Assembly (NCBI GenBank): GCA_964450885.1
Contig: CAYVFE010000001.1
Location: 374,572 to 438,571, forward strand
Direction: 5' to 3'
Source: an uncultured Gammaproteobacteria bacterium
Lineage (GTDB): Bacteria; Patescibacteriota; Microgenomatia; Levybacterales; GWA1-39-11
Length of the DNA stretch: 64,000 nucleotides
Part shown: piece after piece, positions 25,087-35,647 of the stretch
Position numbering within the stretch: the stretch's first letter is position 1
How the letters are laid out: each line of letters begins with the position of its first letter
Notes under the pieces: generated by a model
Database searches by the model: none
What the model was told of the DNA's origin: nothing
What the model saw: the letters and a program-made list of their open reading frames with translations, nothing else
Translations under genes and position numbers: made by a program

Positions 25087-26253
25087 ATGCTAAAAAAAAT
25101 AATTCTTCCACTTTGGATTATAGGAGGAATTTTCTTACTTTTGTATTCGTTCACTCAGGTCGATCTTTCTCTCACGCTTTCTCAAGCATCATTTATTCAG
25201 GATGTGCAGAAGGGATTTCAACATATAGGCTGGTTTAGCCGTCCACTCTCTACATATTTATATATAGGAACTATCATTTACTTATTTTCTTTGTTTGTTA
25301 TTACTATATACAACATATCTAAAAAGAGACTAACTAGTAAAACATTATGGATGATGATTATTATAGTCACGATAATACTTATCCCTTCATATAACGCGTT
25401 CTCTTATGATCTTTTTAACTATATTTTCGACGCTAGGATAGTGAGTCATTACAACCTAAGTCCATACGAATTCAAGCCCTTGGATTTTCCAGGAGATGCT
25501 ATGTTGTCTTTTATGAGATCTACTCATAGGGTATATCCATATGGTCCTACATGGCTTGGTTTTACTGTTCCATTAACTTATGTCGCGAGCGAAGTATTTG
25601 TCATAAGCCTTGCTCTTTTTAAAATCATGAGTGCTGCCGCATATCTTGGCACATGCTACTTCATAAAGAGAATCGCAGAAAATTTAAAAATAAAAAACCC
25701 GAACATGGCACTCGCGTTATTTGCGCTAAATCCACTTGTCATTATTGAAGGAATAGTCTCTGCACATAACGAAATAGTTATGATGTTTTTTGCAGTCTTG
25801 GCTTTTTATCTGTTATTCAAAAAGAGGAGGACATATTCACTGATAAGTCTAGCTATTTCTATAGGTATAAAATATGCGACAGCTATTTTTCTGCCCGTTA
25901 TCTTGGCTAAAATATTCTATAGAAAGTTAAACAACGAGCGAGTAATCCTATTTTCGGTTATACTTTCTGCTGTCGCTATAGCTGCGACTTCTCTTGCGTC
26001 AGGTCCTAATAAAAATCCAGAATTTCAGCCATGGTACCTGCTGATCGCAGCGCCGATTGTTCCATTATATGAAAATAAAATGGTAAGGATTATGTTTGTA
26101 GGTCTTTCATTTACGGTGCTTTTTTCTTATATTCCATTTCTATTCAACGGAATGTGGCCTGAGAATATTGTAAATCTTAAAAATATTCTAGTTCTGTTAG
26201 GAATATCGGGAGGAGTTGTAGGTTATTACATAATAAAGTTGTGCAGGCCATAA
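25087..26253 (+). CDS. Polytopic membrane protein, GT-C-like (DUF2029/GT87-like) putative glycosyltransferase
   Basis: Has ~10 TM helices and sits between a DPM1-like GT2 and GT-C genes. The family assignment is tentative. Confidence 0.45.
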   Translation: MLKKIILPLWIIGGIFLLLYSFTQVDLSLTLSQASFIQDVQKGFQHIGWFSRPLSTYLYIGTIIYLFSLFVITIYNISKKRLTSKTLWMMIIIVTIILIPSYNAFSYDLFNYIFDARIVSHYNLSPYEFKPLDFPGDAMLSFMRSTHRVYPYGPTWLGFTVPLTYVASEVFVISLALFKIMSAAAYLGTCYFIKRIAENLKIKNPNMALALFALNPLVIIEGIVSAHNEIVMMFFAVLAFYLLFKKRRTYSLISLAISIGIKYATAIFLPVILAKIFYRKLNNERVILFSVILSAVAIAATSLASGPNKNPEFQPWYLLIAAPIVPLYENKMVRIMFVGLSFTVLFSYIPFLFNGMWPENIVNLKNILVLLGISGGVVGYYIIKLCRP

Positions 26254-26289
26254 TTGCATGACCATTTGATGCAAATGTATAATTAAACG

Positions 26290-27819
26290 ATGAAAACAAT
26301 ACGAAAGCATATTCCAGAACTTGGGTCACTTGTAGTCATTTCATTCATCTATTTTTTCACAAGGATTATCAACATAATGCACTTGCCTATATTTACAGAT
26401 GAGGCAATTTATACCAGGTGGGCTCAGATTGCATACAACGACGCGTCATGGAGATTTATATCATTAACGGATGGAAAGCAGCCGTCTTTTGTTTGGCTTC
26501 ATATGGTATTTCTGAGATTCTTCGAAGACCCACTTCTGGCAGGTAGGATGGCCTCAGTGTTTACGGGGTTTTTGACACTTCTGGGTATATTTTTCCTTAC
26601 TCAAATCGTATTTAAAAACTTGAAAATATCGGTTATAGCTGCTGCAATTTATTTGATCTATCCATTCGCTATGGTTTATGACAGACTTGCTCTATATGAG
26701 TCTATACTTGCGATGTTTTTTGTATGGGCGCTTTACTTCCAGATGCTTCTGGTAAAAAAACTCAGACTTGATGTAGCGATGATATTGGGATTTGTACTCG
26801 GCGGAGGTGTGCTCACGAAATCTTCAGGATTTCTGGCTATATATCTTTTACCATTTCTGTATTTTATTTTGGATTTTAATAGGAAAACATTAAAAAGAAA
26901 TGCAATAAGACTTACTTTACTTATAGTAGTTTCGGTTATTATCGCAAACATAATGTACTCAATTCTTAGGCTTTCTCCATTCTTTCATATAATTGAACAA
27001 AAAAATTCTATATTCGTCTATCCTATATCTGAATGGTTGAGTTTTTCGTTGCAGATTAAGATCGAAAATATTATCAGCAATTTTAGAGGACTATTTGACT
27101 GGTTTGTGACTTATTTTAGTATCCCTTTTGCTGTAGTCGTTATTTATTCTTTTCTATTCAAGAAATTCTATAAGGAAAAGATTCTTTTGACTCTCTGGTT
27201 CTTGCTGCCATTTTTAGCACTTTTGGTTTTTGGGAAAACTCTCTATCCGAGATACGTATTTTTTATGTCGTTGCCGCTTCTTCCGATACTGGCATTTGGT
27301 TTGTTTAAGATAGCCAGCATTGTAAAGAATAAAATAATTATTGTGCTCCTTAGTATAGGATTTTTTGCTTACCCGATTTTCTCATCGTATACGATACTGA
27401 CAGACTTTTCTAATGCGCCTATTCCAAAATCAGATCTTGAGCAATTTGTTAGAGGGTGGCCAGCAGGAGGCGGAGTAAGAGAGTCGATAGAGTTTTTCGA
27501 AGAAAAAGCACTCAGTGGGGAGATATTAGTAGCGACGCAGGGAACATTTGGTCTGATGCCATACGCTTACGAGATATATTTGGGTGAAAATCCAAATATA
27601 GAGATAAAAGGGTATTGGCCGATTGAGGACCAACCTCCCACAGAAGTTTTTGAGATTGCGAAAAATAAAGAAGTATATTTTGTCTACTATCAACCATGCC
27701 CACAGTGCGCATATCCAGGTGCAGCGCCAACTAGCTGGCCGCTTGAAAAAATTGAGGAATACGAAAAAGATGATGATAATACAAGTCTTAGTATTTATAG
27801 GTTGATTGATAATAATTAG
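26290..27819 (+). CDS. GT-C family glycosyltransferase (PMT_2 / ArnT-like)
   Basis: N-terminal loop PIFTDEAIYTRWAQ with the acidic DE motif. About 12 TM helices and a soluble C-terminal domain. Confidence 0.7.
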   Translation: MKTIRKHIPELGSLVVISFIYFFTRIINIMHLPIFTDEAIYTRWAQIAYNDASWRFISLTDGKQPSFVWLHMVFLRFFEDPLLAGRMASVFTGFLTLLGIFFLTQIVFKNLKISVIAAAIYLIYPFAMVYDRLALYESILAMFFVWALYFQMLLVKKLRLDVAMILGFVLGGGVLTKSSGFLAIYLLPFLYFILDFNRKTLKRNAIRLTLLIVVSVIIANIMYSILRLSPFFHIIEQKNSIFVYPISEWLSFSLQIKIENIISNFRGLFDWFVTYFSIPFAVVVIYSFLFKKFYKEKILLTLWFLLPFLALLVFGKTLYPRYVFFMSLPLLPILAFGLFKIASIVKNKIIIVLLSIGFFAYPIFSSYTILTDFSNAPIPKSDLEQFVRGWPAGGGVRESIEFFEEKALSGEILVATQGTFGLMPYAYEIYLGENPNIEIKGYWPIEDQPPTEVFEIAKNKEVYFVYYQPCPQCAYPGAAPTSWPLEKIEEYEKDDDNTSLSIYRLIDNN

Positions 27820-27820
27820 T

Positions 27821-30247
27821 ATGTTGAGGAGTAATGCTTTTCTAGCATTTATTATTTTTTTATTTATTGGAGTTATTTTTTTTAACAAATCAGTATTTCA
27901 AGGGCAGGTTCCATTTCCTGGTGATTTGTTGATAGGACATTATAACCCCTATAATTCATATTCCTTTATGGGATATGCTCCTGGTAGCTTCCCCCATAAA
28001 GCCCAAAATATTGATGTTATAGAGCAACTATATCCATGGAAACATTTTTCTATAGAATCTTTAAAGGAATTAGAATTTCCTTTATGGAATCCGTATAACT
28101 TTTCTGGGACCCCCCATCTGGCAGCTATTCAGTCAGGAACATTCTACCCATTTAATCTGCTTTTTTTACTTTTGCCATTTAATCTTGGATGGACGATATA
28201 CATAATTTCACAGCCAGTTCTTGCTGGAATATTTACTTATTTCTTCCTAAGAGAACTAAGGCTTTCTTTCAAAAGCTCTATTCTGGGAGGGTTGGCATTT
28301 TCATTCTCTTCTTTTTTAGTAGTCTGGATGCAGTATGGGAATATAATTCATGCGGTGCTCTGGCTGCCGCTTATTTTATGGTTAGGAATTAAAAATCTAA
28401 AGAAACCAAGTCTGGTCAAATCCGTCCTGATCTCGTTATTTTTGGCATTCTCTGTGCTTGCAGGACATTTTCAAGTATCGATCTACTTATACGGATTTAG
28501 TTTTATATTTCTTGTTTTCATGACAGCTAAATTCTATAGGGAAAGATTTTTTATGAATATGCTGACTCTTGCAGGAATATATATATTTTCATTATTGATT
28601 TCATCAGTTCAGCTCATTCCATCTATCGAGATTTTCTTGAATTCATCGAGAACAGACTATACATACGAGAGATTAGTGGAATTTTTAATACCGACATATC
28701 ATTCCATAAGTATGCTTTTTCCTGATTTTTTCGGAAATCCAGTGAGCCGAAATTATTGGCCGGCCGGGACATATATAGAAAGGGCCACTTACTTTGGTAT
28801 AGTGCCGCTATTTTTTGCACTTTATGCAATTATCTCAAGAAAAAGTTCAGTCGTATGGTTTTTTGTCTTATCGATACTTGCGGTATTTATTATAGCCTTC
28901 GATTCTTTCATAACTAGATTTATTTACTCGATATATATACCTCCGATTATTGCGACTTCAGTCCCTACGAGGATAGTCTTCGTGCTGATTTTTTCTGGCA
29001 GCGTACTTGCAGCATTTGGATATAACGAAATCGAAAAAGCAAAGAAGTTCAAGCACCTGTTGCTGACGATAATAGTCTTTAGTGCCATTGTCATTTCAAC
29101 ATGGTTTTTTGTGATTGTGGCTCCGCAATTATTTCAAGGGGCCCAATGGACCATATATATGCCCACTGCACTTCGTAATTTATTTATTCCTACGCTCGCA
29201 TTCTCGCTTGTTATTTTTTTATTAATGCTTTTTATCCTCAAGGAGAAGAGACCTTTGAAAAAATATGCAAATTTTATAAAAAGATATTTGTTCGCGGTTA
29301 TACTTCTTGCAACAATTTTTGAATTATATTTTTTCTTCAGTAAATTTTCGCCCTTTTCTCCAGGAGAGTTCATTTATCCGCAGACTTCGGTGTTTAATTT
29401 TATAAAGCAAAATCAGGATATCTATAGATCATGGGGATATGGTGCCTCCAGTATTCCTGTAAACATCCAGACATATGAAAAGATCTACTCGACAGATGGT
29501 TATGACCCTTTTTATATAAGGCGCTACGGGGAGTTGTTATCGACTACAGAAAATGGAGTTGTCTCAGAATCTATAAAAAGGGCAAACGCTAATTTAGCTC
29601 CGGGATATGGGGAAGAGAATTTACGAGATAATCTATATCGACAAAAGATGATGAATATTTTGGGCGTGAAATACATTATTCATAAAAAGCCTCAGGATAC
29701 TTTTGCACATGATCAGACGTTTGATGACTCTATATATAATTTGGTTTGGAACGACAAAGATCTCCAGATTTACGAAAATACACAAGTATTACCGAGAGCA
29801 TTCATGGTTACAGACTATATAGTTTTGAAAGATGAAAAGGAAATTATAAAAAAGCTTTATGACGATTCATTCGATCCTTCTTCGCAAATAATTCTTGAAA
29901 AAGATCCGGGGTTTGAGAGCTCGGGAATGCCATTAGAATACGACTTGAAAATCAGCGACTATAGAGCCAACAAAATTGAGATATCAGTAGAATCCAGTAC
30001 TGATGCATTACTATTCTTGTCGGATTCATATTTTTCCGGATGGAAAGCGCGTGTAGATGGCTCAGAGACAAATATTTTCAGAGCAAACTACGCGCTCCGC
30101 GCTATAAAAGTCCCTAAGGGTGAGCACGCGGTGGTTTTTTCTTACGAACCAGATTCATTCAAGTTAGGATCGACAGTATCTTCGATAGCCATAGGTTCTG
30201 CTGTAATATTACTCATATTTAGTTATTATAGGAAAAGATCAAAATGA
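27821..30247 (+). CDS. YfhO-family membrane protein (GT-C-like), paralog 1
   Basis: Canonical YfhO N-terminus (QLYPWKHFSIESLKELEFPLWNPYNFSGTPHLAAIQSGTFYPFN) and a C-terminal YFSGWKARVDG motif. The ATG at 27821 directly follows the upstream stop; the tracked start at 27806 is TTG. Confidence 0.85.
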   Translation: MLRSNAFLAFIIFLFIGVIFFNKSVFQGQVPFPGDLLIGHYNPYNSYSFMGYAPGSFPHKAQNIDVIEQLYPWKHFSIESLKELEFPLWNPYNFSGTPHLAAIQSGTFYPFNLLFLLLPFNLGWTIYIISQPVLAGIFTYFFLRELRLSFKSSILGGLAFSFSSFLVVWMQYGNIIHAVLWLPLILWLGIKNLKKPSLVKSVLISLFLAFSVLAGHFQVSIYLYGFSFIFLVFMTAKFYRERFFMNMLTLAGIYIFSLLISSVQLIPSIEIFLNSSRTDYTYERLVEFLIPTYHSISMLFPDFFGNPVSRNYWPAGTYIERATYFGIVPLFFALYAIISRKSSVVWFFVLSILAVFIIAFDSFITRFIYSIYIPPIIATSVPTRIVFVLIFSGSVLAAFGYNEIEKAKKFKHLLLTIIVFSAIVISTWFFVIVAPQLFQGAQWTIYMPTALRNLFIPTLAFSLVIFLLMLFILKEKRPLKKYANFIKRYLFAVILLATIFELYFFFSKFSPFSPGEFIYPQTSVFNFIKQNQDIYRSWGYGASSIPVNIQTYEKIYSTDGYDPFYIRRYGELLSTTENGVVSESIKRANANLAPGYGEENLRDNLYRQKMMNILGVKYIIHKKPQDTFAHDQTFDDSIYNLVWNDKDLQIYENTQVLPRAFMVTDYIVLKDEKEIIKKLYDDSFDPSSQIILEKDPGFESSGMPLEYDLKISDYRANKIEISVESSTDALLFLSDSYFSGWKARVDGSETNIFRANYALRAIKVPKGEHAVVFSYEPDSFKLGSTVSSIAIGSAVILLIFSYYRKRSK

Positions 30248-31788
30248 TGAAAAATATTTTGAAGAATGCATCGTTTGTATTGCTGGTAGCTATTGTTACG
30301 CTCCCGGCGATTATCCCGCTTTTTAATTCGGGATTCATGGTGACAGATGATGGGGGATGGATGATAATTCGTCTTTCAGCATTTTACGATACTTTAAGAG
30401 ACGGACAGATTCCGGTCAGGTTTTTAGAAAGGATTAACTTCGGATACGGATACCCGGTTTCAAATTTTTTGTATCCTGGCTATCTTTATCTAGGATCTGT
30501 GGTTCACATGGTTGGGTTTGGTTTTATAGATAGCATAAAGATCCTATTTGGCTTATCTATTATTTTTTCGGGCATATTTTCGTTTATTTGGTTAAGAAGG
30601 CTATTTGGTAATGTAGACTCACTTATAGGCTCTCTTGTTTTCGTCTATTCTCCCTATCATCTATTTGATATCTACAAGCGAGGCTCACTGGGTGAGGCAT
30701 TATCGATTTCCGTAATGCCACTTGCTTTTTACGGTATCGAAAAAGGAAGTACGATATTGATAAGCCTATCAGTTTTCTTGATTTTGATATTGCACAATTC
30801 TCTAGCAGTATTCTTCCTTCCGTTGATACCTATCTATGCGCTTATCAGGAAGTCTTTTGTTAGATCCATCCCTGGTATGGGTCTGGGGATTTTCATGTCT
30901 GCATTTTTTACAGTCCCCGCATTGGTTGAATTGAAATATACAAAATTTTTTGAGACACAGATATCAAACCCTTTAGAGTATTTTGCTGATATAAATCTAA
31001 TTGGCATCGTATCTATAGTCATACTTTTTTCTACAATATTTTTAATTTTTGCGATATATAAAAATGAGATAAAAAAAGTTCCATATTTGGGATTCGTCAT
31101 ATTTTTTGGTGCAATATTCATTGCTTCAATATTTTTAAGTACTAGTCTCAGTTCTATATTCTGGCAAAACGTGAATGCGTCTTTTGTTCAATTTCCATAT
31201 AGAATATTGTCTGTTCTTATCGTGTGCTCATCTTTTTTTGCAGCATTTATCTCATATATATTGTTCAAGCAGATAAAAATAGTTGCGATTGTTATAATTT
31301 CCGGACTTGTAATATATTCCGGCTATAGCTATTTGTCAGATATTAAGTATGATAATAATCCTGATGGGTACTATTCGACAAATGAAGCGACCACTACAAT
31401 TCACGATGAGTATATGCCTGTATGGGTCAAGAATCATCCTAGTAGCCGTCCGGAAAACAAGGTAGAGGTGCTATCTGGAGATGCACAAATAACTAACTTG
31501 AGAGTTAATTCATCAAAAATAGAATTTGATACCGTTGTTAATTCTAATTCAAAAATCCGCGTGAACACTATTTATTGGCCAGGGTGGAGGCTTTTTGTCG
31601 AAGGAGAAGAAAGAGAGATTTCATATGACAATGATTATGGTGTTATGGAATTCGAATTGAGTCAATATGATGATAGAGTATACCTTTCGTTTCAGGAGGA
31701 CCTTATTAGGACACTTAGTAACATGGTATCGATCGTCGCGGCGCTGACTCTCATATATTTTATTTCCCGACCGCTGGTTAAATTTTAA
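30244..31788 (+). CDS. '6-pyruvoyl-tetrahydropterin synthase-related' polytopic membrane protein (GT-C-like), paralog 1
   Basis: Family N-terminal signature (IPLFNSGFMVTDDGGWMIIRLSAFYDTLRDGQIPVRFLERINFGYGYP) and a C-terminal YWPGWRLFVEG. Confidence 0.7.
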   Translation: MMKNILKNASFVLLVAIVTLPAIIPLFNSGFMVTDDGGWMIIRLSAFYDTLRDGQIPVRFLERINFGYGYPVSNFLYPGYLYLGSVVHMVGFGFIDSIKILFGLSIIFSGIFSFIWLRRLFGNVDSLIGSLVFVYSPYHLFDIYKRGSLGEALSISVMPLAFYGIEKGSTILISLSVFLILILHNSLAVFFLPLIPIYALIRKSFVRSIPGMGLGIFMSAFFTVPALVELKYTKFFETQISNPLEYFADINLIGIVSIVILFSTIFLIFAIYKNEIKKVPYLGFVIFFGAIFIASIFLSTSLSSIFWQNVNASFVQFPYRILSVLIVCSSFFAAFISYILFKQIKIVAIVIISGLVIYSGYSYLSDIKYDNNPDGYYSTNEATTTIHDEYMPVWVKNHPSSRPENKVEVLSGDAQITNLRVNSSKIEFDTVVNSNSKIRVNTIYWPGWRLFVEGEEREISYDNDYGVMEFELSQYDDRVYLSFQEDLIRTLSNMVSIVAALTLIYFISRPLVKF

Positions 31789-33461
31789 TGAAAAAATTAT
31801 TACTATTCATATTATCAATAATAATACTCATTCCTGCTCTTCTGCCTCTTTTTAGAAATGGATTTTTTGTCATACATGACAATACTCAGGTAGAGAGAGT
31901 ATCTCAGATGTCAAAAGCTCTTAGTGAGGGAAATTTTCCCGTTAGGTGGGTCGAGGATCTAGGGTATGGTTATGGGTATCCAATCTTTAATTTTTATGCA
32001 CCCTTGCCATATTATATAGGAGGATTTTTTGAGCTGGTCGTAAATGATGCAATTGTAGCTACAAAATTAATGTTTGCTATTGGTACGATTATCTCATTTT
32101 TTTCAATGTATCTTCTTGCATCAGCGCTTACAAACAAGTATGCAGGTTTTTTAGCGGGAGTGATTTATCTATATTTTCCATATCATGCATTAAATATTTA
32201 TGTCAGAGGAGCGGTGGGCGAATTTTTTGCGTACGCATTTATTCCGCTAGTTTTTTGGGGAATATATTATATTTTTAAGAAAATTAAGATCCAAAAAAGA
32301 TCAAGAGTATTATTAACAGAATCGATTTTTCTTTCTATACCTTTAGCTCTGGTGACGATTTCTCACAATTTAAGCGCATTTATGTTGGGACTTTTTATGG
32401 CTCCTTATATTCTGTTTTTTCTCATTAAAGTAAAAAATAAGAAGCCTTATATATATTCCATTGCTATACTTTGCGCAACTGCATTTATGCTTTCCGCATT
32501 TTATGTACTTCCTGCTATTTTCGAATCACAATTTACAAATGTGAGATCCCAGATCGGTGGGGGCGCCGACTATCCAGATCATTTTGTATGTATAGTACAA
32601 CTATGGAGCAGTAATTGGGGGTTTGGCGGTTCTGCGCCGGGGTGTATAGATGGAATTAGTTTCGCTTTGGGAAAGATCAACATTTTGATCCTGGTCTTTG
32701 CCTTTGCTTTTTTTGCTAAGGATCTTGTTCTGCATAGAAAAAAGACACATGAGAGTATTTTTTGGATACTTTTAGGAATGTCTATATTCCTACTATTGCC
32801 TATTTCTCAAATATTTTGGGACACCTTTCCTTTCATGGAATATCTTCAATTCCCATGGAGATTCTTGAATTTTGTAGGACTTTTTATTGGTTTGATTGGT
32901 GCTTTTGTGATGTATAAGCTTAAAAAGAATTATCTTGCCCTGATAAGTATTCTGATAATAATTGTAGTTACTATTTACTCGAACGTAAACCTGTTTTCTC
33001 CCGTCGTGTTTACCGATTACGATAGTAATTATTATGAAAATAGAGATCATATAAGGTGGGAGACTTCAAAGATATCAGATGAGTATATGCCTCGGGATTT
33101 TGATAAGCCGTTAGCTCAGGACAATTTACCAGAAGAACTGGTGGCAGCATCCGTCGGTGTATCTATTGACAATGTGACTTCTAGAACAGGCTTTATCGAA
33201 ATCAAAAAAAGTGGTAACAGTGGAGTAATCCATATAAATAAAGCTTATTTTCCTGCTTGGGAGGGTAGTATAGATGGTAAAAATATAGATATAACAAAAT
33301 CAAATACGGGAATGTATATACAAGTTCCCGAGGGGGAAAAGGAGATAACTCTAAGAATCGGATCCACACCAATTCAGGTTATAGGAAATACACTTACGAT
33401 AATTGGAATAGTTGCCGTTATTGTTGCTATAATTGCAAAAAAGAAAAAGTTATATGAATAA
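31788..33461 (+). CDS. PTPS-related polytopic membrane protein (GT-C-like), paralog 2
   Basis: Same family signature (LPLFRNGFFVIHDNTQVERVSQMSKALSEGNFPVRWVEDLGYGYGYP) and a C-terminal YFPAWEGSIDG. Confidence 0.7.
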   Translation: MKKLLLFILSIIILIPALLPLFRNGFFVIHDNTQVERVSQMSKALSEGNFPVRWVEDLGYGYGYPIFNFYAPLPYYIGGFFELVVNDAIVATKLMFAIGTIISFFSMYLLASALTNKYAGFLAGVIYLYFPYHALNIYVRGAVGEFFAYAFIPLVFWGIYYIFKKIKIQKRSRVLLTESIFLSIPLALVTISHNLSAFMLGLFMAPYILFFLIKVKNKKPYIYSIAILCATAFMLSAFYVLPAIFESQFTNVRSQIGGGADYPDHFVCIVQLWSSNWGFGGSAPGCIDGISFALGKINILILVFAFAFFAKDLVLHRKKTHESIFWILLGMSIFLLLPISQIFWDTFPFMEYLQFPWRFLNFVGLFIGLIGAFVMYKLKKNYLALISILIIIVVTIYSNVNLFSPVVFTDYDSNYYENRDHIRWETSKISDEYMPRDFDKPLAQDNLPEELVAASVGVSIDNVTSRTGFIEIKKSGNSGVIHINKAYFPAWEGSIDGKNIDITKSNTGMYIQVPEGEKEITLRIGSTPIQVIGNTLTIIGIVAVIVAIIAKKKKLYE

Positions 33462-34164
33462 GATATCCGAATTATCCATATTTTTTCCGTTCTGGAATGA
33501 AGGAAAGAATGTAAAAAAAGTAATGGAAGATGCAATTTCGGTTGCGAAGGAGGTCTCCGTAAATTGGGAGATAATCATGGTTGATGATGGATCTTCAGAT
33601 GATACAAAAGAGGAATGCAGAAAATTCTCTAAAAGATTCAAGAATATAAAGCTTGTGTCACATACTCCAAACAGGGGGTATGGTGCAGCCTTGCGTTCAG
33701 GCCTTGAAAACTCAAAGTACAAATATATAGTATTTACAGACGGTGACAGGCAATTTGATTTCTCGCAAGTTACTAAATTTATTGATGAAATAAAAAATGC
33801 AGATATAGTGATTGGATATCGCAAGCAAAGGCAAGACAGTTTTATAAGACATATCCTCATGAATTTGCTTAAAGTATGGGATTACGTCTTTTTCAGGTTT
33901 TACTTTAGGGACATAGACTGTGGATTCAAGATGTTTAGAAAATCCGCTGTAGAAAAAATTTCGCCTCTCAGGTCAGAGGGAGCTATGGTAACTACAGAAA
34001 TATTAGCAAAAGCGAGGAGAAAGGGGTTAAGGATTTCAGAAGTTGAGGTAAATCATTATCCCAGAAAATTTGGTTCGCAAAGTGGAGCGAACTTTCCCGT
34101 AGTGATTAGGGCAGTTTTGGAGAGTTTTATTCTATGGCTTGATATCCACAACAAAAGGATCTAG
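33454..34164 (+). CDS. GT2 polyprenol-phosphate glycosyltransferase (DPM1-like), copy 2
   Basis: Carries LSIFFPFWNEGKNV…IIMVDDGSSDDT…FTDGDRQFD. The ATG at 33454 overlaps the upstream stop. Confidence 0.8.
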   Translation: MNKISELSIFFPFWNEGKNVKKVMEDAISVAKEVSVNWEIIMVDDGSSDDTKEECRKFSKRFKNIKLVSHTPNRGYGAALRSGLENSKYKYIVFTDGDRQFDFSQVTKFIDEIKNADIVIGYRKQRQDSFIRHILMNLLKVWDYVFFRFYFRDIDCGFKMFRKSAVEKISPLRSEGAMVTTEILAKARRKGLRISEVEVNHYPRKFGSQSGANFPVVIRAVLESFILWLDIHNKRI

Positions 34165-34184
34165 GAAATGGTTATACTTTATAT

Positions 34185-35642
34185 ATGGAGAATTTCACGT
34201 TCGAAGCAATCGCAAAAAAATCTGTTCACGGAGTATTAGCGCTTACTACAAGAACTTTCTTTATTCAAATTCTAGGTATTTTTGCCAGTTTTATTCTGAC
34301 TCTCTATCTAGACGAATTTAGCTTCGGGGTTTTTGCTATAGTTTCGTCTCTTATTATCTTTTTTGGTTATTTTCAAGATATTGGTCTTGCTGCATCTCTT
34401 ATTCAAAAAAAAGACAAACCGACGATTATTGATTTCAGGACAGTCTTTACGGTCCAGCAAATCTTTGTTTTGGTGCTCGTTGTTCCAGCCATGATATTCT
34501 CCGACCAAATAGTTTCATTGTATGGGCTGGGCTTTGATGGCCAGCTGTTGTTTATAGCGTTGCTTGTGTCTTTCTTTATTAATTCTGTAAGAACAATCCC
34601 GACTGTAATGATGGAGAGAGACCTTCAATACAGCAAGCTCGTCATTCCAGAAATAGTTGAAGGGATTCTTTATAACGTTACTCTTATAATAGGTGCCGTC
34701 ATGGGATTTGGAGTGACAAGCTTTACTTTAGCGGTCTTGATACGTGCGATCGGAGGACTCATCGCCACATATATAATTCGCCCCTGGAGTATTGGTTTTG
34801 CATTTGACAGAGACTCATTGAAACAGCTTTTGTCATTTGGAATTCCATATCAGCTCAATAACATATTGGCTTTATTTAAAGATCATTTTTTGACTTTGTA
34901 TTTAGGATTGATCCTTCCACTTTCTCAGCTCGGAATCATTGCTTTTGCTCAAAAGCTTGCATTTTTGCCTCTACGACTCATTATGGACAATATAATAAAG
35001 ATCACATTTCCGTCGTACAGCAGGCTTCAAGATGATAAGAAGTCTTTAAGAATAGCGATAGAGAAATCACTTTTCGTCATATCCTTTTTCATATTTCCTG
35101 TTGCTGTCATGATAATTATGTTCACGCCATTTCTTATCGAATTTATTCCGCGATACGGAAAGTGGCAGCCTGCGATTTTATCCGTCATGTTTTTTGCACT
35201 AAGTACTGTTCTTTCATCGATCTCGACTCCACTAACAAATTTTCTCAATGCAATCGGTAAAGTAAAGATAACGTTTTACTTTATGATTTTCTGGACGATT
35301 GCAACTTGGATAACAACGGTTATTGCGGTTTCGCGTATGGGATTTAATGGAGTAGCCTTTGCTGCATTTCTTGTCAGTCTTAGCTCATTTGGAGTTTTTA
35401 TAGTTACGAAAAGGTATTTAGATTTTTCAGTTCTCAAACCTACGTATAAATCTTTTATAGCCGCCCTCATCATTGCCATATTTATCTTCTTTACAGATTT
35501 TCTTATTACGTCGTTTATTGTTCTTATTGTATGGAGCATTATTTCTGGATTTATATATATGGGAATAATGCTTTTGATTTCAAGGAAAGAATTAATTTCG
35601 ACTATAAAGTTTGCTAAAAGCTCTTTTTCGAAAGAAAAATAA
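34185..35642 (+). CDS. Polysaccharide/oligosaccharide flippase, MOP superfamily (Wzx-like)
   Basis: 485 aa with ~12-14 TM helices. The N-terminal region is typical of PF01943/PF13440. Confidence 0.7.
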   Translation: MENFTFEAIAKKSVHGVLALTTRTFFIQILGIFASFILTLYLDEFSFGVFAIVSSLIIFFGYFQDIGLAASLIQKKDKPTIIDFRTVFTVQQIFVLVLVVPAMIFSDQIVSLYGLGFDGQLLFIALLVSFFINSVRTIPTVMMERDLQYSKLVIPEIVEGILYNVTLIIGAVMGFGVTSFTLAVLIRAIGGLIATYIIRPWSIGFAFDRDSLKQLLSFGIPYQLNNILALFKDHFLTLYLGLILPLSQLGIIAFAQKLAFLPLRLIMDNIIKITFPSYSRLQDDKKSLRIAIEKSLFVISFFIFPVAVMIIMFTPFLIEFIPRYGKWQPAILSVMFFALSTVLSSISTPLTNFLNAIGKVKITFYFMIFWTIATWITTVIAVSRMGFNGVAFAAFLVSLSSFGVFIVTKRYLDFSVLKPTYKSFIAALIIAIFIFFTDFLITSFIVLIVWSIISGFIYMGIMLLISRKELISTIKFAKSSFSKEK

Positions 35643-35647
35643 TATCT